Below are positions 27,274 through 35,631 of a DNA stretch of 64,000 nt, one piece after another. This DNA comes from an uncultured virus (IMG/VR IMGVR_UViG_3300012984_000011) (taxonomy: Duplodnaviria; Heunggongvirae; Uroviricota; Caudoviricetes). The notes under the pieces are model-generated. The model was not told the DNA's origin, did not search any database, and saw nothing but the letters and a program-made list of their open reading frames with translations. The stretch lies in IMG/VR virus record IMGVR_UViG_3300012984_000011; one strand, given 5' to 3'. Within the stretch, counting starts at the first letter, position 1. Each line of letters opens with the position of its first letter. The position numbers and the translations under genes were made by a program.

Positions 27274-27789
27274 TTAGAACCTCATCTCATCAAGGCGTGC
27301 CCAAGCCGACACCCTTTCGATGATGTGGCGTTCCTTGTAGGTGAGGGTAGCTTGTTCCCCATTTGTTTCACTGTGCCTGTTTTTCCTGATAGTGATCAGA
27401 ACCTTTTCAGCATCACCCTCTGCTCTCAACACCAGGTTGGCGTAATAGGTGAGAGCAAGAACTCTTTGCTCTACTGCGATCAGAACAGAACCTTGACCAC
27501 ACCTGGCCACCAGTACTGGAAGAAGACTTGTCCACTCAGCGCTGGGCCCAACCAACCCGTTACAGAACAAGATACCCTCGAAACCACGCTGAAGCGTTCT
27601 TCTCAGGTCTCGTGAAGCCGCATTGAAATCTAGACCCGTGTAGTCCTTCCAGATCTTCTCAACTCCAAGGTCGTTGTCGTATAGATACTGTGCAAACCTA
27701 CTGCATCCAACACCTGACACGGTTGTGATACCCTGAGGGATGCCGTCGGGCAATATGACCTCTAGTTCGGCTATTCCGGTCTTAGGCAT
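27274..27789 (-). CDS. degenerate RecA/RadA-like protein with tag (RVSAWARLDE)
   Basis: KTGIAELEVIL..GIPQG.T.VSG and YYANLVLR...IRKNR, but no Walker A. Confidence 0.55.
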   Translation of the reverse strand: MPKTGIAELEVILPDGIPQGITTVSGVGCSRFAQYLYDNDLGVEKIWKDYTGLDFNAASRDLRRTLQRGFEGILFCNGLVGPSAEWTSLLPVLVARCGQGSVLIAVEQRVLALTYYANLVLRAEGDAEKVLITIRKNRHSETNGEQATLTYKERHIIERVSAWARLDEMRF

Positions 27790-28418
27790 CAGACGTTTCT
27801 TTCCTTGTCATCCAGGCCGTCCCCATCACGCAAGATCTGTAGACGGCTCTGTCGGACCGGCGCAGACATGATTTTGGTGAAATCCTGAGGAGAATGGAGG
27901 AACGCCACACTATCATCGAAGCCGTCTCTAGCCCTGGATGGTATCACCCACTCCAATTGTAAACGGGTGAATCCAGTGATCGGGACAGAGGTGAAGGGCG
28001 GGTCGATCCTTTGGGCGATACTCAGCTGAACAAAGTCACTGCTCAGCAGTAACGATACATTGGACGTCTCATTGTTGACGTAGAGACGGATCCCCATGTA
28101 GCTGACTGAAGTAGTGTGGGTGCCTTCGATTGAGGGCATCGGAGTGATGGTGTTCTGACACCCGCCATTCATCACACACTCGTTGTAGGCGGTTCGATTC
28201 ATGATCGCAAAGGCAGGCCTGACCCCACCAACACATCTGGCGATCATTCTATCGAACACCTGCTGGGTGAACTCCCCCGAATAGACCAAACTACCGACGC
28301 CCGACAGGTTCCACAACTCTCCAGGCGGGAGACCGGTCAACCCCCCGTTGAAGGGTGTGATCAGGCCATTCAGGTCTACTTGTAGGCTTGAAGCAGGAGG
28401 GTCGGGCGGCGGAGGCAT
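27789..28418 (-). CDS. hypothetical protein resembling the C-terminal half of an HK97-fold capsid protein
   Basis: DLNGL...LWN...FD.M..C.GG.RP...IMN..AYN...SYMGI pattern. Confidence 0.4.
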   Translation of the reverse strand: MPPPPDPPASSLQVDLNGLITPFNGGLTGLPPGELWNLSGVGSLVYSGEFTQQVFDRMIARCVGGVRPAFAIMNRTAYNECVMNGGCQNTITPMPSIEGTHTTSVSYMGIRLYVNNETSNVSLLLSSDFVQLSIAQRIDPPFTSVPITGFTRLQLEWVIPSRARDGFDDSVAFLHSPQDFTKIMSAPVRQSRLQILRDGDGLDDKERNV

Positions 28419-28435
28419 GAGTATCGATACACCGC

Positions 28436-28747
28436 TTACGTGATCTCTAGGGACCCTATATCTAGGATGGTTTTTGCGAGCAGTCCCTTGGTGAGACTCT
28501 CTTCATCCAACGCCTTCTCCAGAGAATCTATTGGAATGACTCGTGTGAAGGCAGAGTCCAACGCCGCTACTTCTGTGGCGGGCTCCGCGTACACTTTACG
28601 CACAAATCTCCCGGCCAACCCCTCTTCCACTTGCTGCCGCTTCAAATTGGCAAGCGTCTCTTGCTCCGATAGCTGTGCCATCCGGTAAATCCGGACCAAC
28701 CCCAATAAGAGGGTCTGCTTGAGCTTCTCTCGATCCATTTCAGGCAT
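28436..28747 (-). CDS. hypothetical protein
   Basis: 103-aa ORF. Confidence 0.6.
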   Translation of the reverse strand: MPEMDREKLKQTLLLGLVRIYRMAQLSEQETLANLKRQQVEEGLAGRFVRKVYAEPATEVAALDSAFTRVIPIDSLEKALDEESLTKGLLAKTILDIGSLEIT

Positions 28748-29333
28748 GTGAAGTATTCCCCCGGGGCTTCTTCGGGCTCAAAAGACCTTCGAAATACTTC
28801 TCCGTCAATCCATCCGGTTCCGAGGGAAACTCTTCAGCTCTGATCCCAGCGATGTCCATCACCTGATGTGGGCACGTGATCAGAGTTCGAAGGATAAAAC
28901 GTTGGCGAGCTGTGAGACCGATAACAACAGCTGCCTGATCCATCATCTTGGCTTGTACCCTTCGATCCCGTTCCTTGTACTCAGAGTCCTTTGGATGCAG
29001 CCTGTGGAATTCGAATTCACTGCTTAGCTGATACTTGGTTGCCTGTTCTACAGCCTCCATCATCATCCGTTTTTCTTGTGGGATGCTGTAGTAGAAGGAC
29101 GCTCTCCGCAACTTCTCGTAATCTGCGTACAGATCCACCCCTTCGAAAGTCCAACCTTCTTCTGGGAAATCCATCCAATAACCACCTTCCACAGTCTCTC
29201 CAGAGGGTGTGGTGATGTACATTTGACCGCGACGGCCCATGACCCCTGGATTCTTCACCACCGTCTGATCGGGGGCTTTTATGGTGATGGTGTAGCCGTG
29301 CGGGTCCATTTGAGATACTTCGAGCATTGACAT
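28740..29333 (-). CDS. hypothetical protein
   Basis: GGTGTA 10 nt upstream. Confidence 0.7.
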   Translation of the reverse strand: MSMLEVSQMDPHGYTITIKAPDQTVVKNPGVMGRRGQMYITTPSGETVEGGYWMDFPEEGWTFEGVDLYADYEKLRRASFYYSIPQEKRMMMEAVEQATKYQLSSEFEFHRLHPKDSEYKERDRRVQAKMMDQAAVVIGLTARQRFILRTLITCPHQVMDIAGIRAEEFPSEPDGLTEKYFEGLLSPKKPRGNTSHA

Positions 29334-29352
29334 GAGGGATCAGTACACCAAC

Positions 29353-29392
29353 GAGAAAAGGCCGAACCCCTTGTGAGGTTCGGCCTTTTCTC
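29353..29392 (-). terminator. intrinsic terminator hairpin
   Basis: GAGAAAAGGCCGAACC...GGTTCGGCCTTTTCTC, 16-bp stem after the 29409 gene. Confidence 0.8.
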
Positions 29393-29408
29393 CCTTACCC
29401 GTATCAGA

Positions 29409-29798
29409 TCAGGCGCCGCTGTATTTCCAGAGCGTCGAACCATCCTTGCCCAATTCAGGTTGTCGTTGGATGATTCGCTTCTTCCTCAGCTCCGCCAAGC
29501 TGCCAGCCATTTTTTGCGGGCCTACCTTGAAATGCCGTTGAGCATCCCGTGAGGTGAAGATTCGCTTGGTCTTGCCGAAGTCTGCTACCGCTTTGGGGTT
29601 GCAGTGATCTTGGTTTGGAACCGGGGGTTTGACCGTAACCCTGATTTGGCTGCCCTTGGGTCGCTGAGGGTGAGCGGTACGCAGTACGATCGATAGGATC
29701 TCCGTATCCTCCAAGTCTCGGAACAGGGGCCGGAGGTTGGTCAGCGCCGTCTTGATCTTGATCGTCTCAGTTTCGATGATGGTTGGTTGAATTGGCAT
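29409..29798 (-). CDS. putative winged-HTH DNA-binding protein
   Basis: FTSRDAQRHFKVGPQKMAGSLAELRKKRII. Confidence 0.6.
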   Translation of the reverse strand: MPIQPTIIETETIKIKTALTNLRPLFRDLEDTEILSIVLRTAHPQRPKGSQIRVTVKPPVPNQDHCNPKAVADFGKTKRIFTSRDAQRHFKVGPQKMAGSLAELRKKRIIQRQPELGKDGSTLWKYSGA

Positions 29799-29851
29799 GG
29801 GGTTTCCTTACACCAGATTGTGTTTCTATCTACGGTCTGCTCGAACTAACC

Positions 29852-30307
29852 TTAAGGCCTATCTGCCAGAGCGATCAATCCAAGCATTACTTCTTCGGCC
29901 AACTTCTTTCGTGCGTTCTTGGAATTGGTCCGCTTCCAACCTCGAATGAAGCGTGTGGCTATCCGCATAGCTTCTTGATCCTCTGAGGATCCGGATTTGG
30001 GCTTGGCGACTCTGTGCACCTTTGCAAGATGCTTTCGAAAATCAGCGTCAGCGGCTATCTGGTGTACAACTGCCCGTCCACCAGCTCTCGTTGTCCTATG
30101 TTGCTGAGTGCGTTCCAAACACCCGCTTTTGACCAACTCTGAGAAACGCACGCTGCCTGAACCATGGGACAAATTCAATACTTCGGCGCATTCGTCATAG
30201 GTCTTTGGACCATTGAATGCGATGTATTCTAGGATCTGATAGGCCATCCCTACAGAGCCTCCAGACAGTTTGAGTAGCGAGGCTTGGGTGTTGTCAATTC
30301 CGAACAT
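29852..30307 (-). CDS. winged-HTH (MarR-like) protein
   Basis: GPKTYDECAEVLNLSHGSGSVRFSELVKSGCLERT...RTTRAG. Confidence 0.7.
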   Translation of the reverse strand: MFGIDNTQASLLKLSGGSVGMAYQILEYIAFNGPKTYDECAEVLNLSHGSGSVRFSELVKSGCLERTQQHRTTRAGGRAVVHQIAADADFRKHLAKVHRVAKPKSGSSEDQEAMRIATRFIRGWKRTNSKNARKKLAEEVMLGLIALADRP

Positions 30308-30971
30308 TTGGACCTTCCCGATAGAAGATGTTGGTCCCCATCGTGATTCTCGATCTGCTTGTCCCCCCATACAAGACACCTTGCTCGGATTCGACCCAGC
30401 CACCTTCCAGTAACCGGTTCTTGCAAAACGTGTTCTCATTGATGAGTCGAGTCAAATCCTCGAACGTGTAGCTGCGTCCCCGTCGTTTCTGTTCCAACAC
30501 TACATTCAGGACTAGCATTGTTTGGTTGGAGGTTTGGTTCAGAACGTTAAGCACGGCTCCCAGGACGGATACTCCACGTTCCGGTTCGTAACAGGTGTCT
30601 AGATTGACGATTGCTGGGCTGAGGTTGCCCGTAGCCAGCATTTCACTCAATACCTCGTGAAACTCTCCATGGTAGAGATGAGGGGGATTGGCGCCGTTTT
30701 CCAACGCCATGGCCGCCACATTGTTTTCGTGAATGTCTAGCACATGCTCAATCCCGTGGAACTGGTTGGCCGTGATGAGTCCAGACGACATCATGTGGTT
30801 CAACTCACAATAAGGCAGTAGACGCCCATCATGTGTCATCGGCCCACAGAGGGTGATGTATTGGTCGTCAGACGGGACAACCGAGAGCCCAGTAAGAGTC
30901 CGGTAAGCTCCGATGATGGTGGCCTCTCGGGCTTCAACCTTCCGGATGTCATTGTAATGTCGGGGTTTCAT
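30294..30971 (-). CDS. putative divergent class I SAM-methyltransferase-fold protein
   Basis: YITLCG / FHGIE / YHGEF / IVNLDTC spaced like Rossmann motifs I-IV. Confidence 0.45.
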   Translation of the reverse strand: MKPRHYNDIRKVEAREATIIGAYRTLTGLSVVPSDDQYITLCGPMTHDGRLLPYCELNHMMSSGLITANQFHGIEHVLDIHENNVAAMALENGANPPHLYHGEFHEVLSEMLATGNLSPAIVNLDTCYEPERGVSVLGAVLNVLNQTSNQTMLVLNVVLEQKRRGRSYTFEDLTRLINENTFCKNRLLEGGWVESEQGVLYGGTSRSRITMGTNIFYREGPNVRN

Positions 30972-32014
30972 GAGAGTTTGAGTTGATCGCAGACCATATG
31001 AAGGGATGTGCCCTGTCCGCGAAGCCATTGGTCATGTCTACGCCAATGCGGTGATGTTCGTTGAGTGGGTCTAACTCCGGTACTCTTGAAAAATGCTTTT
31101 GCTTCGCTCTTAATTCCTGACAAAGAGCGGTTGTATTCGCGACCCCCGGGGAATCCCTTAGCATCAAGGAATTCAGTGAGAGAGGACCCCTTGGCATAGA
31201 GCCATGCGTTGTGATTGGTCCATCGTGAGGACGTGGTAACTTTTGGTCTGACACCTGTCCTATTCATGTAGGCCCTGGCTTCAGCTTCAATGCCTTCTTC
31301 GCTACGATCTTTCTGATAGCTCCCAGCAATCCCCAATTTGTTGCAGAGTTTGAATAGAGATAGAGAGGGTTTCTGTCGGAATAACCAAGCTTCGTGATTG
31401 GCCCAGTGTTTGGACACCTTGGCTGTGGGCCGCTTGCCTGTCTTCTTGAAGTAAGCCATGACCTCCACCTCAATTGCCTTGACAGAACGACCTAACACTA
31501 CAGTGCCGGGTAATTTCAAGTCATCGCACAATTCAGTGAGGGAACAATCCTTATTGCGAAGCCACGCCGCATGACTAGCCCAGATCTTTGAAGTAGCTGA
31601 AGTGGGTCGAATCCTTTCCCTTTTGAAGAAGATCAGGACTTCTACTTTCAGGGAAGCCACAGTTCGTGGGGCCACGCCCTCTACCTCATCACAGACGGTC
31701 TTCAACGAAGATTTTCGTCGACGCAGGTAAGCATCATTGTTTAGCCAAGCACTGGAGGTTTTAGTGGTCGGCCGCTTACCTTTCTTTTTGATGTAATCCT
31801 TGACAGCCTCCGTGATCGATTCCACAGACCGACCCAACACATAAGCGTCTGTGATGCCCAATTCGCTAAGAACAGTACTGTGCTGTGCGCCGATCTTGTA
31901 ACATAACGAACTGAGATTTCGATTATCCGTTCCAGAAGGGGATTTGACACTCCCTTGGGCGGCACCTTCACTAGGGTCGATGCCTTCGGGCCATTTGATG
32001 AGTGCACGGATCAT
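30968..32014 (-). CDS. basic tandem-repeat protein (5 x ~58 aa)
   Basis: repeat RS.E.I..E...YF..TG.RPT...S..W..H..WL...G.SL...C..L. Confidence 0.85.
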   Translation of the reverse strand: MIRALIKWPEGIDPSEGAAQGSVKSPSGTDNRNLSSLCYKIGAQHSTVLSELGITDAYVLGRSVESITEAVKDYIKKKGKRPTTKTSSAWLNNDAYLRRRKSSLKTVCDEVEGVAPRTVASLKVEVLIFFKRERIRPTSATSKIWASHAAWLRNKDCSLTELCDDLKLPGTVVLGRSVKAIEVEVMAYFKKTGKRPTAKVSKHWANHEAWLFRQKPSLSLFKLCNKLGIAGSYQKDRSEEGIEAEARAYMNRTGVRPKVTTSSRWTNHNAWLYAKGSSLTEFLDAKGFPGGREYNRSLSGIKSEAKAFFKSTGVRPTQRTSPHWRRHDQWLRGQGTSLHMVCDQLKLS

Positions 32015-33072
32015 GGGAGTTTGAGTTGATCACAGAGTTTGGAGAGGGTAGTGTCATGATGGTTCCGTAACCAACAATCGTGAAGCATCCAACTATGAAT
32101 ACCTTTAGTTGGTCGTTTCCCGTTCCGCTTGAAGTAGTCTTTGGCCTCCGCTTTGATCGAAGCTACAGATCGCTCCCAATTACTACCTCCGGTCAAATGT
32201 AGGTCATCGCAAATTTTCCTGAGAGATGATCCACGTGCCCTGAGCCAGGCATCCAATCTATGCCAATGAGCAGAGATTAATTGAGAGGGACGTTTTCTAT
32301 GCGTGTTGAAATACTGCTTTATCTCTGCTTTGACCGATTTCAGAGTTCGAACCGCCGGGGCAGCTTTCAACTGCATATCGATACCCAGGGCACTCAAAGA
32401 GGAACCTTGAGTCCTAAGCCAGCTGTTGTGTCCCTTCCAAGCACCCGAATCCCGTTGAGTAGGACATCTTCGGAACTTTTTGAAAAACTTCCGGATTTCA
32501 GCTTGGATTGTTTGGAGGGACCTGCCCGTATTGCGCCCACCAAGCATCCCTAGTTCATTGCAGATTTGGTTAAGAGAATACCCCTTTCGTTGCAACCATT
32601 GGTGGCGACCCCTCCAGAGATTGGAAGTATACTGAGTCGGACGTTCACCTGTTTCTGCATAGAACTTCTTTGCTTCGATTGTAATCGATTCTACAGAGCG
32701 CTTTTCTAACGTATGTCCACCAGATAACCCCAATTCTGCACACAGTTGACGAAGGCTGGATCCCTTTGAAACAAGCCACCGATTGTGATTCTTCCACTTT
32801 GGGGAAGTCTTGCAAGAAGGACGTTTATTGTAGTCCTTGAAATGATTGACTATTTCAGTCTTAACTGAGTCAACAGTTCTATAAATGACATGAGCTTGTC
32901 CGATGCCCAATTGCTCAAGCACAAGACTATGCCTGATACCGTGTTTATGGGACAAATTCCCTAGACTGCGAGCATCCTCTCCAGAAGGGGAAACACTTTT
33001 AGCTCCTGGAGCGCCCTCGCTGGGGTCGATTCCTTTGGGCCACTTGATCATCGGCTGGGACAGCATCTTCAT
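32011..33072 (-). CDS. basic tandem-repeat protein (5 x ~58 aa), paralog of 30968
   Basis: shared N-terminus IKWP.GIDPSEGA...SPSG and the same repeat. Confidence 0.85.
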   Translation of the reverse strand: MKMLSQPMIKWPKGIDPSEGAPGAKSVSPSGEDARSLGNLSHKHGIRHSLVLEQLGIGQAHVIYRTVDSVKTEIVNHFKDYNKRPSCKTSPKWKNHNRWLVSKGSSLRQLCAELGLSGGHTLEKRSVESITIEAKKFYAETGERPTQYTSNLWRGRHQWLQRKGYSLNQICNELGMLGGRNTGRSLQTIQAEIRKFFKKFRRCPTQRDSGAWKGHNSWLRTQGSSLSALGIDMQLKAAPAVRTLKSVKAEIKQYFNTHRKRPSQLISAHWHRLDAWLRARGSSLRKICDDLHLTGGSNWERSVASIKAEAKDYFKRNGKRPTKGIHSWMLHDCWLRNHHDTTLSKLCDQLKLP

Positions 33073-33078
33073 ACCCTG

Positions 33079-33107
33079 TAGAACGGAAGCCGATCCAGAG
33101 AGTTAAG
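33079..33107 (-). promoter_or_regulatory. class-B promoter CTTAAC-N16-CGTTCTA
   Basis: ATG 6 nt downstream. Confidence 0.75.
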
Positions 33108-33108
33108 G

Positions 33109-35085
33109 TCAGATACCCCATTTCTCGCAGGCTTGGTCCAATTTGGCCTTAGAGCCAAACAATTCGACCGCTCCATCAAGCTTGCGTGGATTTAATTTCT
33201 TTCCCTGCTTCAAAAGATTCAGGCAAGTGTCCAGAAACATTCGTTGGCGGACGTATTCGAGAGAGGTGGGGAGGTCGGAGTACTGCTCTTGGATGGCACC
33301 GAAATCGGCAATTGTCTGGCGGAACATTGCTCGGCCACCCTTGATGGGGTCTTGCTCGATCTTCTTGAGGGTGGCCTCGTAGTCCTTCTTGGACATCTGG
33401 CCTTTAACGGCCCGCATGGCGGCTCGGAAGGTTTGCCCCAGGCAACTAAGGAGGGAGACGGCCGCCTTCTTGGTCTCGCCTTTGGTCAGCGTGCCATCCA
33501 GACCGGCCGCCTCTTGAGCTTTGGCGTAGTTGTTCTCGATCACCTCAGAAGCGATGTCGATTGCATCGCGTTCGTCGTCCGACAACATGACCTTGGGTAG
33601 GTCTTCAATGATGCCTTGCAACACTTCAGCTTGGCGGAGCTTGTTGAGCGCGTTCTGTTGAACCTGGTCTGACAAGGAGACGGTGAACTGCCAACCAAGC
33701 GCCATCACAGTGAAGACGGTCCGGCTGTAGAGCATGTATTGCTCCAAATCGGTGATCATGGTGCTGGGCAACAACATGCAGAACTCCACATAATCCTTGC
33801 CAGGGTGCTTTCGCAGCAACCGTCCCAACATTTGAATCAACATGGGCAAGCAGCCCCGAGACCCCATCACAATCGAACGTTGGGCCGCCTGCCAGTCAGC
33901 ACCTTCACGAAACAGGCTCTGTACGAAAATGTAGTCCGGCTCAAAGATGGTGCCTTTGCTATTGTTGAAATCCTTCTGACGATCGGCGCGACCCTTGTTG
34001 TTCACCAGATCTAGGCTGCGGTATTGTTCGCCATTGGCGTGAATGTGGGTGTCCACGAATCCTTCCGACTTAGCCTTACCCAAAACTCGCTTGAATTCTT
34101 TGAGGTAAACGGACTTCTGACGAACACCTGCTTGATCTTTGACTGGGGGCAGATAGACAAGCGTCTTCTTGTTCGGGTCCTCTTTCACCAGCTGGGCGAA
34201 CCCTTGCTCATAGGTGTCAGCCGCGACGAAGCGGAACAGGATGTTCTGGATGGAGATGAGACTCAAGAACTCGTCGATCGACAGAGTGTAGTTTTCGAAG
34301 TTCTTGCGATATTGGGCGGGAATGATGGACGCGGCATCTCCCCTGAGCCAGGTGGCGGTTGAAACCAACACTTTCCCTGGGCGGTTTTCGACGTAGTGGC
34401 GAATCAAGCAGCCCAAGCGATTGATCAGAACCTCGTCCATCTCTTCCTCTTCACCCGCCTCATTGAACTTGATGTGGTGGGCTTCATCGACGTAGATATC
34501 GGTGCCCTTCCACCAGGATTTTTGACCCATCTGCTGGAACGCCAAGACGGCCGCTTGATGGGTGCAAACCATAATCCGCTCCGAGACAGAGTTCTTGGAT
34601 GGCTTGTTCTTTAGGAAGCGAATCAGAGCGTCAATTTTGCTCTGTTCTGGAAAATTCGGTCCGATCAGAAAGTTCTGCTGAGCAACCTCCCACTTCATTA
34701 CGATCTTCCCCGGAAGGGCCCAGGACGGAGCAGGCTTGTAACCGTTCTCTGTTTGAGAGCCCTTATCGGTATCGAACCCATGGCCAATCGAGGACTCAGG
34801 AACCATGATCAGGGCCTTGCGGCCCGACAAAGCTGAGAGATAGGCCAGACCTTTCTGAACAGCCGATTTTCCGGAACCCGTGGGAGAGATAAGGATCCCT
34901 TGTTCAGCGTTACGTAGTTTCAGGAACGCCTTTTTCTGCCACGGACGTAGTTCGTTGTGCCCGTCCTTCTGGACGTCTTTTTCGGGGCGTTGGCCAGTCT
35001 TGATGCAAAGACCTGCTCCTGGATCTAGGGGGCGGCAAGCTTTGGAGGTAGAGACCGACTTCCGAACGATACGTAGCGACTTCAT
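33109..35085 (-). CDS. SF2 DEAH helicase, YeeB-like
   Basis: SPTGSGKS, VPESSIG, VCTH, DEAHH, NRLG, TATWLRGD, KKTLVYLP, REGADW, IQMLGR. Confidence 0.8.
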   Translation of the reverse strand: MKSLRIVRKSVSTSKACRPLDPGAGLCIKTGQRPEKDVQKDGHNELRPWQKKAFLKLRNAEQGILISPTGSGKSAVQKGLAYLSALSGRKALIMVPESSIGHGFDTDKGSQTENGYKPAPSWALPGKIVMKWEVAQQNFLIGPNFPEQSKIDALIRFLKNKPSKNSVSERIMVCTHQAAVLAFQQMGQKSWWKGTDIYVDEAHHIKFNEAGEEEEMDEVLINRLGCLIRHYVENRPGKVLVSTATWLRGDAASIIPAQYRKNFENYTLSIDEFLSLISIQNILFRFVAADTYEQGFAQLVKEDPNKKTLVYLPPVKDQAGVRQKSVYLKEFKRVLGKAKSEGFVDTHIHANGEQYRSLDLVNNKGRADRQKDFNNSKGTIFEPDYIFVQSLFREGADWQAAQRSIVMGSRGCLPMLIQMLGRLLRKHPGKDYVEFCMLLPSTMITDLEQYMLYSRTVFTVMALGWQFTVSLSDQVQQNALNKLRQAEVLQGIIEDLPKVMLSDDERDAIDIASEVIENNYAKAQEAAGLDGTLTKGETKKAAVSLLSCLGQTFRAAMRAVKGQMSKKDYEATLKKIEQDPIKGGRAMFRQTIADFGAIQEQYSDLPTSLEYVRQRMFLDTCLNLLKQGKKLNPRKLDGAVELFGSKAKLDQACEKWGI

Positions 35086-35091
35086 GGTTGG

Positions 35092-35120
35092 TAGAACGGA
35101 AGCCTGGTGGGGAAGTTAAG
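35092..35120 (-). promoter_or_regulatory. class-B promoter CTTAAC-N16-CGTTCTA
   Basis: ATG 6 nt downstream. Confidence 0.75.
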
Positions 35121-35158
35121 GGGACCTAGAAATTAGGCCCCCTGGCCAAAAACTTGAC

Positions 35159-35533
35159 TTAGATCCTTGCGTCCGCACTGAGAGGGGCGGCCCACCCAGA
35201 TGTCATTCCCAGGTCTTCTGTGAGATCCAAGACGTCGGTAATGTGTCCCCCCAGGTCTACGACTTGCTCGTCCCATCGGGGCTCTTTGATCGGCGGAAGA
35301 TTCTGGGCTTGGAAAGCAAGCGCCATGGCCTGGAATCGTGGATAGGCTGCTTCGTAGGCAGTCACAAGAACTACGATCTCATCTGCGTTGGGAGTACCTT
35401 CGACCAAGTATTCCAATTGGGCCATCGGAAAAGAAGCCTCATATTGAGGGTTCTCGTGCAGAGAGGTCAAGAAGACGGCCTTGGATGCCAGTTTGATACC
35501 CTCGGTGATGTAGTTGATTTCAGAGCTGTTCAT
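35159..35533 (-). CDS. hypothetical acidic protein
   Basis: AAAGGA RBS, class-B promoter upstream. Confidence 0.7.
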   Translation of the reverse strand: MNSSEINYITEGIKLASKAVFLTSLHENPQYEASFPMAQLEYLVEGTPNADEIVVLVTAYEAAYPRFQAMALAFQAQNLPPIKEPRWDEQVVDLGGHITDVLDLTEDLGMTSGWAAPLSADARI

Positions 35534-35559
35534 GATTTTCCTTTGTGGAGGTCCACCTG

Positions 35560-35588
35560 TAAAACGGATGTGGGTTCAGGAAGTTAAG
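35560..35588 (-). promoter_or_regulatory. class-B promoter CTTAAC-N16-CGTTTTA
   Basis: exact spacing. Confidence 0.7.
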
Positions 35589-35631
35589 CAGATTGTGAAA
35601 TTCGTACCTAGGACCGGTGTATCATCCACCA

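Noticed and set aside
29826..29856. Additional class-B promoter variants (CTTAAG-N16-CGTAGA here; CTAAAG-N16-CGCTAG near 2410; GTTAAG-N17-CGTCTA near 39113-39151)
   Set aside because: They deviate from the consensus in both boxes; not counted without a PWM score.
30968..33072. Diversity-generating retroelement or DNA-level repeat array behind the repeat proteins
   Set aside because: The repeats are highly diverged at nucleotide level, no near-identical template/variable pair was seen, and there is no reverse transcriptase in the window.
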